A DNA stretch of 64,000 bases, taken from Cirrosporium novae-zelandiae. Taxonomy: Eukaryota. Made by a program: the position numbers and the translations under genes. Where the stretch lies: positions 186,001 to 250,000 of the forward strand of contig JAPETS010000022.1 in NCBI GenBank assembly GCA_026023565.1, in the 5' to 3' direction. Shown piece by piece: positions 36,800-50,067 of this stretch; position 1 is the first letter of the stretch; each line of letters starts with the position of its first letter. The notes below the pieces were generated by a model that did no database searches, was not told the DNA's origin, and saw only the letters and a program-made list of their open reading frames with translations.

Positions 36800-37130
36800 A
36801 TGAGTGGGTGGATGGATAGGGGTTTGAGATCTTGGGATTGGGGATTAGGGATTTTGGAAAATTAGAACGGACGGGTCGACCTAGGAATCAGTTTGCGGTT
36901 TTATAATTATTCCAGAGAATGAAGTTTTTTTTTGTTGAAAATAAATATAAAAATATAAAAAATAAAAAATAAAGGAAAAGAGGAGAGCTTTTCTCTTGGT
37001 TGAAGCTAGGATGGACTGGTGGATAGATGGATGAGGATTTTGGGCATTTGATAATTAGTTGGACGGCTGATTTAGGAATCAGTTTAGGGTTTTATATTCT
37101 AGAGAATGAAGATATTTGTTGAAAAAAAAA
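36800..37130. repeat. Diverged direct duplication, offset about 190 bp
   Basis: TAGGAATCAGTTT at 36882 and 37073; AGAGAATGAAG at 36914 and 37101; TTTGTTGAAAA follows both. Confidence 0.75.
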
Positions 37131-37216
37131 AGGTAGATATGGATATATTTCTATTCCAATACTCTCTTTCTACGTACGTAATTAACGTAATTATTCATTA
37201 ACCAAAACACTTCCTT

Positions 37217-38240
37217 CTAACCCCTCCGTCTAGTACTAGGCCCCCTCTGTTTCGGGCTCCCCCCACTCCCACTCCCACTCCCACCCCCTCCCGCACCACC
37301 AACAGCCACCTTCCCCTTTTCATTCTTACCACGTTTAGCCTTAGTCTTAGTCTTAGCGCTCCCACTGTTCCAATAATACAACATTTGGAAAGCGAGGATT
37401 GCGTTGAGGGCGAAGCCAGCGAGGTAGCCGTAGAGGATTAGGACGTCGTCGACTTCTTGGAGGGTGGTGAAGACGCGGGCGAGGGAGCCGAGGAGGTAGT
37501 TGAATATCTGTGGGTTGGTTAGTTGTTGGCTTTGTATAGTGATGATGGAGGGGAAGGAGAGGAGAGGAGAGGGTAAGGATGTAGAACCAGTGAAAAAAAA
37601 AAAAAAAAAAAAAACTTACGGCAAACGCGCTCAGCTGTCCAGTACCACCCTGCCTCCACACGGTCCAGATCTGTGGCGCCTTGCTCGCAACCCCCAGTAA
37701 TCCCGCGCCTGCTTGCAGATACGATAGCATTCCCATATCCACAACCCCCTCATTAAAAATCGCATAAACCGCGCCCGCCAACCCGGCCACAAATGCGCTC
37801 GTGGCCGCAATGCCTTTCCCCCCATACACAAGTACCAAACACGCAATCACCACATCCTGAACGGCAATAAGCGCCGTCTCCCCGTACGTGCTAAAGGGAA
37901 ACCCGGAGCGGGCCGAGTACGCAAGCGTAATGAGATAGCTTGTAGTTTCGAGTAGGTAGCTGGCGAAGGAGATACCCTGGGAGGAGGATGAGGAGAGGAG
38001 CTTGAGGAGCTGGGGGATCTTAACGACGGAGCTGGCGCCGATAATGCCGATCCCGAGGGCTTTTGAGATTGCGAGTTTGATGCAGGGGACCGAGGCAGGG
38101 TTGATGAGGTCGATGTCCAGGAGGAGCGTTTTGTAGCAGGGCGCGCTGAGGAGTTGGACCAGGGCGTCGCGGATTGGGAGGGGGAGATTGTGCGTTATGG
38201 GTTGGAGGGTGGAGCGGAGGAGTTCCATGGTTTGGTCCAT
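37217..38240 (-). CDS. MPDU1: Mannose-P-dolichol utilization defect 1 protein (PQ-loop)
   Basis: CIKLAISKALGIGIIGASSVVKIPQLLKL, GFPFSTYGETALI, KAPQI..GGTGQLSAFA-IFNYLLGSLARVFTTLQEVDD (intron 37619-37508). Confidence 0.92.
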
Positions 38241-38726
38241 GGTTTTGGCGGGTTTGGGTTGGACCCGGGGATATTTCTTGGGAGAGGAGATGGTGGTGTT
38301 TTTCGGAGGGAAAAGAGTGGTGTAGGTGGTGTTAAGAGAGGAACGAAGATGACATCTGTGAAAATTTCCAGAAATGGTTTAGTTGATTTCAGCCTTAGTC
38401 TAATGATATGATAAGGAATGGACTATAGACTACAACTTGTATATAATACAACACGCATCTGATATTATATTAGATGAATTGTCGTAAAAGACCTTCCTGA
38501 GACAAATGATAAGTGTCCTACTTATTCAAACAGTATTAAGTTGATTTGAATATACTATCACTCCAATCGAGTCAATATACATAGCAGCAATATGCTCATA
38601 AATCCATCCGTACATCGCTAATGCTTATCAATAGACAGATTTAGTAAAACTAGGGGTATTAATATAAAATAGCTCCGGCCAAGGAGAACGCCCATCCTTG
38701 GTTCAGAAACCTCCCGGAACTCATCC

Positions 38727-41611
38727 TCATTGCTCCGAAGAAGCTTGTCGCACCAATACACGTACATTATTGACAAAACCACCTATTAGTTCTTCATAAT
38801 GGGACGTCTGACCTGCGTGTGCGAGCTGACCTTGCCGACGAACTTCCATTGAACTTAATTCAATCTCAAGTTCATGTTCTTTCTCTACTTTGGCGACCTG
38901 GACATGACTGTTAGATCAAACATGGAAGCACAGGAACTTTTACTTACATCAGAAGGAGCTACCTGGGTAAGATCAATCTGATATGCCACATGTCGATAGC
39001 TCACCCTGTCTTTGATTCGTTCCGATCTTCGGCCGGCCCTTGATACCTCAACTAGGGTACCAATATCACCATCGTATTTCATTTCGACATTCACGCTCAC
39101 CCGCCAGTCGAACGCTGTCATTGGGCTATATATTTCTAGGGTACCGAGTGAACCCTTGATAATCTTGGCAAGCTGTTTACCCGTCTTCTGATCATGGGTA
39201 ATTCGAACTTTTGGCTTGAACCGCGCATTTAACTGCTTCCGAATCGCACTAGGAATCTCGAGAAGTCCAGCCTGGGGGAGTTCATAAAAGGTATCAATCT
39301 CTTTGGTATGCTGGTAGACGATCGGCTGCCTCGACTTCATCGATTCATTTTGCTTTACCGATTGAACTACCAACGAATTAAGGTATTCATTAAGAGCACG
39401 ATGATGGGACTAATAACATGTCAGACTCAACCCAAAGGTGATACCAAAAAGCGAAATGTATACCTCAGTCATAGAACTTTCAAAACTTGTCTTCTTGCTT
39501 GGATCTTTAGCAATTATACATTCTGTTGAAACAGGCAACCGTAAACGTTCATTCGTCTCTCTGTCAATAATGTGTCCAATTCTTGCTTCGATTTCTAGTA
39601 TAGCGCCTTGATTTGCAGTATCCCCCGCCGAGCCGACACCAATATCAGTATTCACGACAACTTGCTGGAAGAGAAAATTCGCTATGCGACGAGTTATCTC
39701 CTCGAACGGAATGGTGCCGGTGATGGAAAGAGCAGCTGGATCGAACGAAGTAGGAGCGGAAATGGTAGCTTCAGGTTGAGCTGGAGGGATCTGGGCACTG
39801 TTAACGAGGGCATGGCTATTCACCGTGAGCTCATCGTGAGGGATAGGAGCAGGAGCAACTGAGGGGGGTGCATGAGCCAAAGGAGCTGGGGGGGTAGCTG
39901 AATGATGAATTGCAGGGGGAACGTTGGCGGCAGGAGCAGGCACACCACGTAACTTTTTCTTAATCAAAGGGCTGCGCCCTCGATTGACCCTCATAGCAAA
40001 GAGAGGTGGGTCCTCACGTCGGGGTCTCTTTCTCGCCTTGCTAGGAACTTTTTCCTGTTGATCCATAGTATCTGCATTCCGTTTGAGGGTATGCAACGGG
40101 GACGCAGGCTCGACCGACAGAGGTTCAGGTTCATCCATGGTATCCGGCTCTTTCTTGATAGTATAATCTTCTGGGATAGCATTCATTTGTATTGGAAGAG
40201 GCATGGACTTGATTGATTGCTGTGGCGAATTTATAATAGGAGATGAGTGATTAATTACAGTCTGCTGCTCCCTTTTGAAACGGGGCGTCGATGGAAAATG
40301 AACCGACGAAAACGAAGTATTTGTCGACGGCACAGGGTCCAAGGAGATAGCTGAAGTATTTGTCGACGACACAGGATCTAAGGAGGTAGGACGGGCAACG
40401 TCTTTTGGCTGCAAGGTGCCGATGCTACTTCCGGCAGATGGAGGGGACAATGTACGGGTACGCAAATTTGATTTGGTAGGTGGAATATTTCGAGATACAG
40501 GCTTTGTGTCCAAAAGTGGTGGAGGCGATGCTAGGATTCCTTGGAGGCTAGCCCCAACTTGCAGAGGACTAGCTCTTATAGTAGAAGGCGGTGGCCTTAC
40601 AATGCCTGAAATGTTGGCATCAATTGACGGATTCTGTCTCCCTGGAGTTACTGGCCCTGTCCAAGAGTCCTGACTACCATGTAGACTACCCCTAGAATCC
40701 CTTTTGATCTGGCTCGGAAGTCTTGTCTTCGGGCTCACACTTAAACTTCGCTCTCTGTCTGGAGAATATCGTCCCAAATGTGGATCGTGTGTCGGCTGTG
40801 GGGAGAATGGAGTGTTATTTGAATGAGGTGGGTGAGGTGGATGAGGTCCAAGAGGTTGACTGAAAGGTAGAGGTGGCCGGTAATTTGTATTAGACTGAGG
40901 CCGTTGGTCATAGGGTGGAATAGGCTCTCGATATGAGCTCGGCGGCCTTTGTGGTGGTGGAGGTGTAGGACCGGAAAAGCCTAACAGTTGTAGTGGTTGA
41001 TGTTGGAAGGGATATGTATTGCTATACGGTTGTGATATTGGTTGAAATGAATTATTTTGATATGGTGAAGGGGCGTTTGTAGATGTTGGCGTAGTTCTTG
41101 ATTGCGAAGTGTGAGGGCGTTGGTATAGCTGTTCCTGAGCATGAGCAATGGGACTTGGAGCTGGAGGCGTAAATGGTGTTGGAGACGGTCGTTGGTAAGA
41201 CGGAAAGCTAGGAGGATAGGCTTCGCGTGGTGTATAGGGACGTGATTGGGAGGTGTTTGTGGGGCTTTGTGTTGAGGTCGGAGGAAAAGGATATTGTCCA
41301 CCGCTCAATGACGATGATGTGGTCTGTTGATAAGGCGACTGCACAGGATGATAGCCTCCAGGCGATCGATAATCAGATTGAGCATGCGCCTGAGCAGGTG
41401 GTGGTGGTGGTGGTGGTGGTGGTTGCGAATGCGATGGTCTCGTACTCGCAGGGCTGGCAAGGCGCCCAGTTGGAGAGGCAAATGCCTGTTGTTGTTGGAT
41501 ATGAGATGAATATTCAGCCAAGGGAGATTGAATTCTAATGGCTTGCTTTGACTGAGCGGGTTGCGAAGAACTAGAGGAGTCAGTATTGTTGATGATGGAT
41601 CGCAAGTCCAT
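38727..41611 (-). CDS. CET1: mRNA capping enzyme beta subunit, RNA 5'-triphosphatase (CYTH/TTM fold)
   Basis: Long Pro/Ser/Gln-rich N-terminus, then EIEARIG, FESSMT, KVRITHD, DWRVSVNVE, RIKDRVSY, QIDLTQV, EHELEIE. Introns 39463-39410 and 38947-38898. Confidence 0.93.
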
Positions 41612-42190
41612 CGTGTCGGTTTCTGGAGGATCGTATTTATTATTTTCTTCAGCTCCGAGCGTCCAACCCTCTCAAGATAAAGCCTCAACGGACGTGACAA
41701 ATTGCGGCAACCAAAGAGTTGCTATTCATTCATAACGCCGATCAGCATTTTGCCATGAAACTGTTACGAATCTGCCTTTATAGTGATGATTCTCAAGCTC
41801 GGTAGGAACCCTTGGGGTCCCGCAAACTACGGCCAGAGAAGGTGAGAGCGGCATGAGAAAAGTTGATTTGGACTACTTTGCTACAACCTACTAGGTATTC
41901 ATCTATTTGTCTCGGTTGGATAACACCATCTACAGAAACACACTCCATCAAAGCACTTTTTTTTATATTTTAACAAATTTTTTAAGCCAAGGGACCAGAA
42001 CAGAGATAGAATTGTAGAATTTTGTCAAGGTTCCGGTATGATGAGACTAACCGGATTCTGTCAATTACTGTAAATTCAAAACATGTTGTTCTTAAAGGCC
42101 GAAAGGGGATTAGCTGTCATTATTAGCTGCATCAAACCTTAAAGGATAAGCGAGGCAACAGCTTTACTGCCAGAAGTTGACGTGTTGCCG

Positions 42191-42232
42191 GAACACAGAA
42201 CACAGGACACAGGACACAGGACACAGAACACA
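42191..42232. repeat. 7-bp tandem repeat (ACACAGG/ACACAGA), about 5-6 copies
   Basis: Directly visible upstream of RPN2. Confidence 0.85.
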
Positions 42233-42481
42233 AACCCATCAATCAACTCTGCCTTTTTGCTTTTCCCTTCCAACTTTCAATTCATCTGTCTTTCGCCCTG
42301 AACCCCTCGACGAGTCTCTCGGCCTCTATAATTTAACAGACTTCTTACTTCTAGAACATCTGAATTCCACCTACAGCCGACCGTCCCCCGTTGCCAGCTT
42401 CTTCCATCATCAAAACACCTCATACTTTTTACTCGACACAGTCCTTTCGGTCCGCTAGTTCTAGGTGACTCATAAGGAAAG

Positions 42482-45400
42482 ATGGTTGGGCTTGTTTCCG
42501 CCGCTGGGCTGGTGGGATTCCTCTCCGAGCCGGATCCCCAGCTCCAAATATTTGCCCTCAACACTCTCAACGAGCAAGTGGATCTATTCTGGATCGAAGT
42601 TGCAGGATCGGTTGGGCAAATGTAAGGACATCTTGACACTGTTTATGCGACGTGAATTTAACCAGTACTTGATCACACTTGTTCATTCCTGACCTACATC
42701 CCATCAAAATTGATTGAATACATGATGTAATCAGCTATTCAAAATGGCCATCATATGATGTGACTAACATGACTTGTATATAGAGAAGCCCTATATGAAG
42801 ATGAATCCTTTCCAGAACGTCAACTGGCTGCCCTCGTCGCCTCGAAAGTCTACTATCATCTCCAAGCCTATAATGAGAGTATGGTTTTCGCGCTAGGCGC
42901 TGGGAAGCTCTTTAATATAGATAACAGTGGAGAGTTTGAAGAGACCATCATTTGTGGGTTGACCCGATAAATCAAGAGCAGCTCGCGCGTGAAGACTATT
43001 CCCAGACAACAAACTAACGTCTTGTCCTTTACTAGCAAAATGCATTGACTCCTACATTGCTCTTTCGTCGTCAATCAGCCCAGCAGACTCTGCGAATGTC
43101 GCCTCAAAGCCGCACCCTCAGCTCTCAACCTCGTTTCCTGCATCCACTGGCGCCACAAACACAGCTGCTAGCATGACCTCACCAACAACCCCCTTCTCTC
43201 AATCCACCCTTCCATCAAAGTCTCTTCTATCAAGGCAGGGAACAACAACAGATCTCGATCCATCTCAAATGAATGCAGATTCTATTGGTACTATATCTGG
43301 AGCAACACCTGCCCCCCTAGCATCCGATACGGTTATTAGGAAGCAGCTCCAGGCCGTGATTGAGCGCCTTTTCGAGAAGTGTTTCCAAGAGAAGCGATAC
43401 CGACAAGTTGTTGGTATTGCTGTAGAGGCGCGAAACCTTGATGTACTTCGCCGTACCATTCTACGGGCCACCGCCGACGAGAAGAGAAAAGGATCCAAAG
43501 ACAGCGGAGATGGTACTGATAGCGAGGCTCTGATGGAATACGTGCTAGATATTTGCATGAACGTGGTGCAGGAACGTGGATTACGGAATGAAATTCTCAG
43601 ACTAATCTTAGATCTCTTGAACGATATTCCTTCCCCGGATTACTTTTCTATCGCAAAATGCGTTGTCTACCTGAATGAGCATTCCATGGCCTCTGATATG
43701 CTCCACCAGCTCGTTGAGAGGGGCGACCCTAGATCACTAGCTGTTGCTTACCAAATATCCTTTGATCTTTATGACAACAGCACTCAAGAATTCCTGAAGC
43801 AGCTAAAGGAAGAACTCGCCAAGGATCTTGACAGCGATGAACTGTCTGAACCAGCAAAAGAAGCCAATGAAGGAGATAACAAGGACGAAAGAGAGAAAGC
43901 GCCGGAATCGGAACAGCTTCTGAAAGAGATTGGCGATAGCGTCAAGAAGAACCATGACAGCCAAACCACCGTTATTTATCGCAAGATTCATGACATTCTA
44001 AATGGACTTGCCAGCATCAATCTGGAGCTAGAATTCCTTTACCGAAACAACCATGCTGATATGGGCATCCTGAAGCGATTGAGAGACAGCCTAGAAGCCA
44101 GAAATTCCATATTCCACACTGCCGTTACTTTTGCTAATGCCTTCATGCACGCGGGAACTACTCATGACAAATTCTTCAGGGATAACCTTGAATGGTTAGG
44201 GAAAGCAGTCAACTGGTCCAAGTTCACGGCTACGGCTGCATTGGGTGTTATACATAGGGGAAACCTATCGCAAGGCAAGAAACTTTTAGCTCCATATCTT
44301 CCAAAGGAGCAGGCCCAGGGTCTCGCAGGTGGAGGGTCCGCATACAGCCAAGGTGGTTCATTATATGCTTATGGTCTCATTTATGCTAACCACGGTTCCA
44401 CCGCGATTGATCTTATCCGTAAACATTTCAAAGACGCTCAGGGGGAAGAAGTTGTTCAACATGGTGGGGCTCTGGGACTTGGCGTTGCCGGAATGGGGAT
44501 TGGAGATGAAGGCATCTACGAAGATCTCAAGGAGGCTTTATATACTGATTCCGCTCTAAATGGCGAAGCAGTTGGCCTGGCAATGGGTCTCATAATGCTT
44601 GGTTCTGGAAATATTAAGGCCCTAGAAGATATGATTTCATATGCTCACGAAACCCAACACGAAAAGACCGTTCGTGGGCTTGCCATGGGCATGGCCTTAA
44701 TTATGTATGGTCGCCAAGAAGCTGCTGATGAACTGATCAAGGGGTTACTCGATGACCCGGATCCAACCCTGAGATATGGTGGTATCATGACTATCGCACT
44801 TGCTTACTGCGGTACGGGAAGCAACAAAGCTGTTCGAAAATTGTTACACGTTGCCGTCAGTGACGTCAGTGATGATGTTCGAAGAGCGGCTGTGATGAGT
44901 CTTGGCTTCATTCTCTTCCGAAAGCATAGCAGCGTCCCCCGGATGGTCGAGTTGCTCTCCGAGTCTTACAACCCCCACGTTCGTTATGGTGCTGCTATGG
45001 CGTTGGGCATTTCATGTGCTGGTACTGGTCTCGATGAAGCTGTTGATTTGCTCGAGCCAATGCTCAAGGATCCTACGGACTTTGTGCGACAAGGTGCCCT
45101 CATCTCTCTTTCAATGATCATGATCCAGCAAAATGAGGCTATGAACCCAAAGGTTGGCTCAGTTCGGAAGATTTTACAGAAGATTGTCAGTGACAGGCAT
45201 GAAGATGCTATGGCAAAGTTTGGTGCGGCCATAGCTTTGGGTATTATTGATGCTGGAGGCCGGAACTGTACCATCAGTCTTCAAACCCAAACCGGCAATC
45301 TCAATATGACTGGTATCGTAGGAATGGCGGTTTTCACTCAGTACTGGTACTGGTTCCCCTTCACTCACTTCCTATCTCTATCTTTCACGCCTACATCAAT

Positions 45401-46145
45401 CATTGGTGTCGATCAGAATTTGGATATTCCCAAATTCAAATTCCACTCGAACACTCGCTCAAGTTTGTTCGATTATCCACCAGAGCAAGAAACCAAGGCC
45501 GATGAAGCCCCAGAGAAGGTCAAGACTGCAGTCCTATCTACAACTGCTCAAGCCAAACGCAGGGCCCAGAAGAAGGAGAAGCAAGCACGCCGAGAAAGCA
45601 TGGACATTGATCAGCGCCCAACGACACCCAAAAAACCAGCTGCGGATGCTGACAAAATGGATACCGATGAGAAGGATTCCAGCAAGAAAGAGGACAAGGA
45701 AGGAGAAACCGAGGGCACTCCCGCGCCCGAAGGGCAGAAAAAGAAAGTCGAAAAGGAAAAGGTCGGCTATGAGCTTGAGAATATGTCAAGGGTCTTGCCT
45801 GCTCAGCTCAAGTACCTGAGCTTCCCTGATTCGCGATATATTCCTATCAAGAAACCCACTGGTGGCGTCGTCGTCGTTATCGACTCAAAACCTGACGAGC
45901 CAAAGGACCTTATCGAACTCAAATCCACAAGGGATGCTCGTGCTGCAGCTGCCCTTGAAGCGTCAGAACGTGCTGTTAGAGGCTCAGAAACCGATAGCAC
46001 GCAAGCTCAACAGGGCGGAGAAGGTGCTGCCGCTGGTGTGGGAGTGCTTACTGCCGTGGACGAAGATCAGGAGGGTGATGAGGATGCCGAACTCCCGATG
46101 GAATTCGACTATTACTCTGACGGTGGCGAGGAAGAAGATAATTAA
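42482..46145 (+). CDS. RPN2: 26S proteasome regulatory subunit Rpn2
   Basis: [32 protein letters not shown] repeats ([55 protein letters not shown]). Two 5' introns. Confidence 0.97.
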
Positions 46146-47567
46146 GTTTCTATTTGTACTACTTTATTACCTTATAGGTCCTCTGTTGTCACAAGGAAGC
46201 GGGAGAGGACCATTTCGGGGAGAAATCTTTTCGCATGGATGACGGCAGGCAGACAATCTTCGAAGAGCAAACAGGGGATAGAACTGTATAACTATTGCAG
46301 AACTTCGTATTTAAGAGTGTTCCTATATTTAATCCTTCGCGTATCTAGACACCTACCATGGGCGCTTTTATGTAGACTCGTTTATTCATGTTCATTGTAT
46401 ATCCAGTTATTAAAGCCAGCTATTTCAACCCAACACGCCCACTCATGAATTGAAGGGAGCTAGTTAACGTAAACACCATCCACACAATTCAGCCATAACG
46501 CCGAATATTATTTCATATCCCTACTACCTCCTTTCAAGAACCTCTTAAGTATGATATGTCACAATAATTGTAGCATCTGCCTCGTGATGCACTTTTTCTA
46601 TGATCATTGTTAATTCTTAACAGGCACCTCTAGTCATCCTAACTTAAGTGCAGTAGCATGAAAACAACGAAACGAATATTCCCGAAAAAGCAAAGTAACC
46701 ATTTTGTTGTGTATATGAAACTCCTAAAGATGATGTACCCGCCAAGGCAAGCAGGCGACTTTTTCCACAACCCCCAGATTATATAGAGCATAAGTATAAT
46801 GTAACCACGCAGGGGAATGATTTCCCCCTCTGGGGTAACGTTTTATTGACCGTCGATAATTACAAAGACCATGAGCGGTATAGCGATGCATGTGATAATT
46901 AGAACGTAGAGTTTCTAATGATACAATTGGTGGGATTTTGTGTGTTAACTAGATTAAGGAGGGGGAGTAGCAAAAGGTTGCGTGATGTTTCGTGTAAGTA
47001 GGGAAAGGTTTTTGTTTGAGTAAAATGGAAAAAATATTAGGATGCTGTTGGTACTATAGATGAAGGTTAGGTAAACACTTGAAGAAGGATGGGTTTGGAT
47101 GGTTGGGTTTTTGTAGTCTTAGATAGCTATGGGTTATATCTGGAAACAGTAAGCGTGATTGGTTTTTCATGCAGGAGCTAGGCGTGTGTGATTGCTGTAA
47201 TCGATTGCTTAAGTATCTAGATAATTTCCATGCATAAGAGGAATTAATTGTTCATCAAATTTTTAGATAGCATGAATAGATTGATTCTCCTAACAAGAGG
47301 TAGGAAATTATAACTTTGAGACTGGACTATGCAATGAATGTAGATTCTGCGAAAAAGGGCAAGTAGCACGTGACTGGGTTATCCCCCTCAACACTGGAGA
47401 CCTCGATCATGAATTATTGATTTTATATCAAGTCCTTATAAAATAGATTGTCTGACAGTGAGCACTATTGTGTGTTATTAATAATCTGGGGTAGGTCTTT
47501 CGGGTGATGATTTTGTTGATTAGACTATGATGATGATGCGAACATGTGATTACTGATATGGGATTTC

Positions 47568-47595
47568 TGACTGACTGATTGATTGATTGATTGAT
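47568..47595. repeat. Microsatellite (CTGA)n(TTGA)n
   Basis: Directly visible. Confidence 0.85.
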
Positions 47596-48138
47596 GGTGG
47601 GGTTGGCTTCAGCCTTGCCCCGCCTTGGAAAAATAACTTGCTAATGACAACAACCTACCGGACTTGAGTATAAACTTACCTAGGTATTTTGATACAACAA
47701 ACTTACAATATACAGTAACATACAAGTTGTGAATATTTCCAACTTTCAAAGATTGTTAGAGTAGTTAGTTCCAACCTCCAGTACTAATGTCAGCTTCTAT
47801 CTCTGGAATGCTCCATTGCTTGGAAATCCTTTAATGTCATGAACTGTTGAACCTTAGGCATTTGACCTAATGCGGACGACTTGCCCCACCTCCAAGGAAA
47901 TCGGTCGCTGTGGCGGCGGATTGCGTGCTCGAGAAATTTGACAAAGCAGCCTGTGCGCTGGAAAGGAATTTATATCTTTTCCTTCTTCCAGCTCCTCTTC
48001 CTCTTTTTTTTCTTACTTCAGACCCATCAGTTCTTCTCTACTTGATTACCAGTACCATACCATCTCCACTCTCTCTATACTCACATTCTTCATTTGTGTT
48101 CATTTCTAGGAACGAATAGTTGTCTTCATTCTAACAAT

Positions 48139-48959
48139 ATGGCTACTGAAGAGCGTTCTGTCCCGTGAGTTCTCTCCGCAGCTTCCGAGACCAGAAACCC
48201 CTCTCTTGCTTCCTGGTAGAATGCTGACAATGTCTACAGTTTGCGTCTGGGTTCCGTTGCCCCTAACTTTGATGCCGAGACCACCAATGGCCCCATCAAC
48301 TTCCATGAGTTCATTGGTGACAAATGGGTTGTCCTCTTCTCTCACCCTGTTAGTATTGTGTCTTTATCCCTCATACCTATTTTATACTGAACATTGTGCG
48401 TGTGTCATTGAAATAGGAAGACTACACCCCCGTCTGCACTACTGAGCTTGGTGCATTTGCCAAACTCGAACCTGAATTCACCAAGCGCGGCGTCAAGTTG
48501 ATCGGTCTCTCTGCCAATACCATCGATAGCCACAGCGGCTGGATCAAGGACATCAACGAAATTTCCAACACTACTCTCAAATTCCCAATCATTGGTGACA
48601 AGGAGCGCAAGGTCGCATACTTGTACGACATGCTTGACCACCAAGATCTGACCAATGTCGACGAGAAGGGGATTGCTTTCACCATCCGCTCGGTATTCAT
48701 CATTGACCCAAACAAAAAGATTAGGCTTATTCTGTCGTACCCCGCCTCTACCGGAAGAAACACGGCTGAGGTTCTGCGGGTTGTCGACTCGCTACAAACC
48801 GGAGACAAGTATAAGATTACGACTCCCATCAACTGGCTCCCAGGTGATGATGTGATTGTTGCGCCAAGCGTTAAGGATGAACAAGCGAAGACACTGTTCC
48901 CTCAGTTCAGGGCGGTCAAGCCATACCTGAGGTTCACTCCTCTCCCCAAGAAAGAGTGA
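48139..48959 (+). CDS. PRX1: 1-Cys peroxiredoxin (Prx6 family)
   Basis: MATEERSVP-LRLGSVAPNF..WVVLFSHP-EDYTPVCTTELG (PVCTTE motif), YPASTGRNTAEVLRVVDSLQ. Two introns; no evident presequence. Confidence 0.95.
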
Positions 48960-50067
48960 AGGACATCGAAGGAGGCTACCCTTATGATACCAGGCGTTGC
49001 TTTTTTTTCATGATAGGGCTAGGGTTTCTCCATGCATTCAACTTGCCCTAAGATAGGAATATAGTTAAAAGCCAAGAATTATGAAAAGCTATGACAATGA
49101 TGATAAAAAGCTGGTGGATACAGTAACTACATGTAGTTAATGAACTGATCACGAAATCACATGGTTTGGAGCCGGCTAGCGGTAAAAAAACCCAGACTAA
49201 TTTTTAGGATGCTGGTGGAATAACCATGTAGAAGTAGTATGGTACTGGGTAGTAGTAATTTCTGGGACTTTGATTGTTTTTTTTAAATATCTCGTCAACG
49301 ATGATGATGCGGTGAAACTTGAGATGCAGGTGATGAAAAAGGTCGTGTTCGGGTTTTTGGCTTGTAATGTGTGGATGTAAACGAATCAAGGATGGTCCTT
49401 GGTCAGTTCCTGTTCCTCGTTTGATTGTTAAGTTAAAAGCCGAATATATCGGGGGTCTATTGGGCGCTTGGCTCCAAATTAGGCCCCAGTTCGGCCTGTT
49501 TCTGTCCCTCTGGCGCCCCCTTTAGCGTCCCGCTGACCCCACGACTTTCAAAAAGCTGTTTCACAGTTGACAACGTCCTAGGATTCCGGGAATGCTCTGC
49601 ACACTCTCTGCACGCTGCATGAGCACAACGCCTAAACCTGAAGCCTGTGAGAGGCACCAGCCTGACATTTTACATCTTCTCCAAGCCTGTCCTGTACACG
49701 AAAAGACCGACAGTCACCTTGTTCATTGTTCACCCGACTATTCTCATTTGACAATAATAATCAAATCAATCACAACCGATATTATCTGAATTCTTCAAAA
49801 ACCCTACTTTTAATATCCCCCCCCCCCTCCCATCACTATTCGGAATTTGCCATCCACGCATGCCTTCAATACATTCTATCATTCTTTAATCTCCCGCGTA
49901 TTCCATCGCGCCCTATCAATTTCATGTCGATAGAATTTTTGATATCATTCAAATCAACTATCGCTACCGAGTGATATTGCGCTTCCGCCTGGAGTCGGAT
50001 TCGGGAGTCGACCCTGGAATCTCTTTGACAAACTTCGAGCTCAGCCTAGGCTGCTGCAGGTCTCAAG

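Noticed and set aside
41612..42481. Rpn4/PACE site upstream of RPN2
   Set aside because: Only partial matches (TTTGCCAT); not supportable.
42622..42783. C/D-box snoRNA in RPN2 intron 1
   Set aside because: Only imperfect ATGATGT motifs, and the CTGA lies upstream of them; no proper C...D arrangement.
46146..48138. Hidden gene or transposon in the 2-kb RPN2-PRX1 gap
   Set aside because: No substantial ORF, terminal repeats or transposase/RT motifs; consistent with UTR plus promoter.
49451..49541. tRNA gene
   Set aside because: Lacks the TTCRA T-loop, U33 and canonical arm spacing on either strand.
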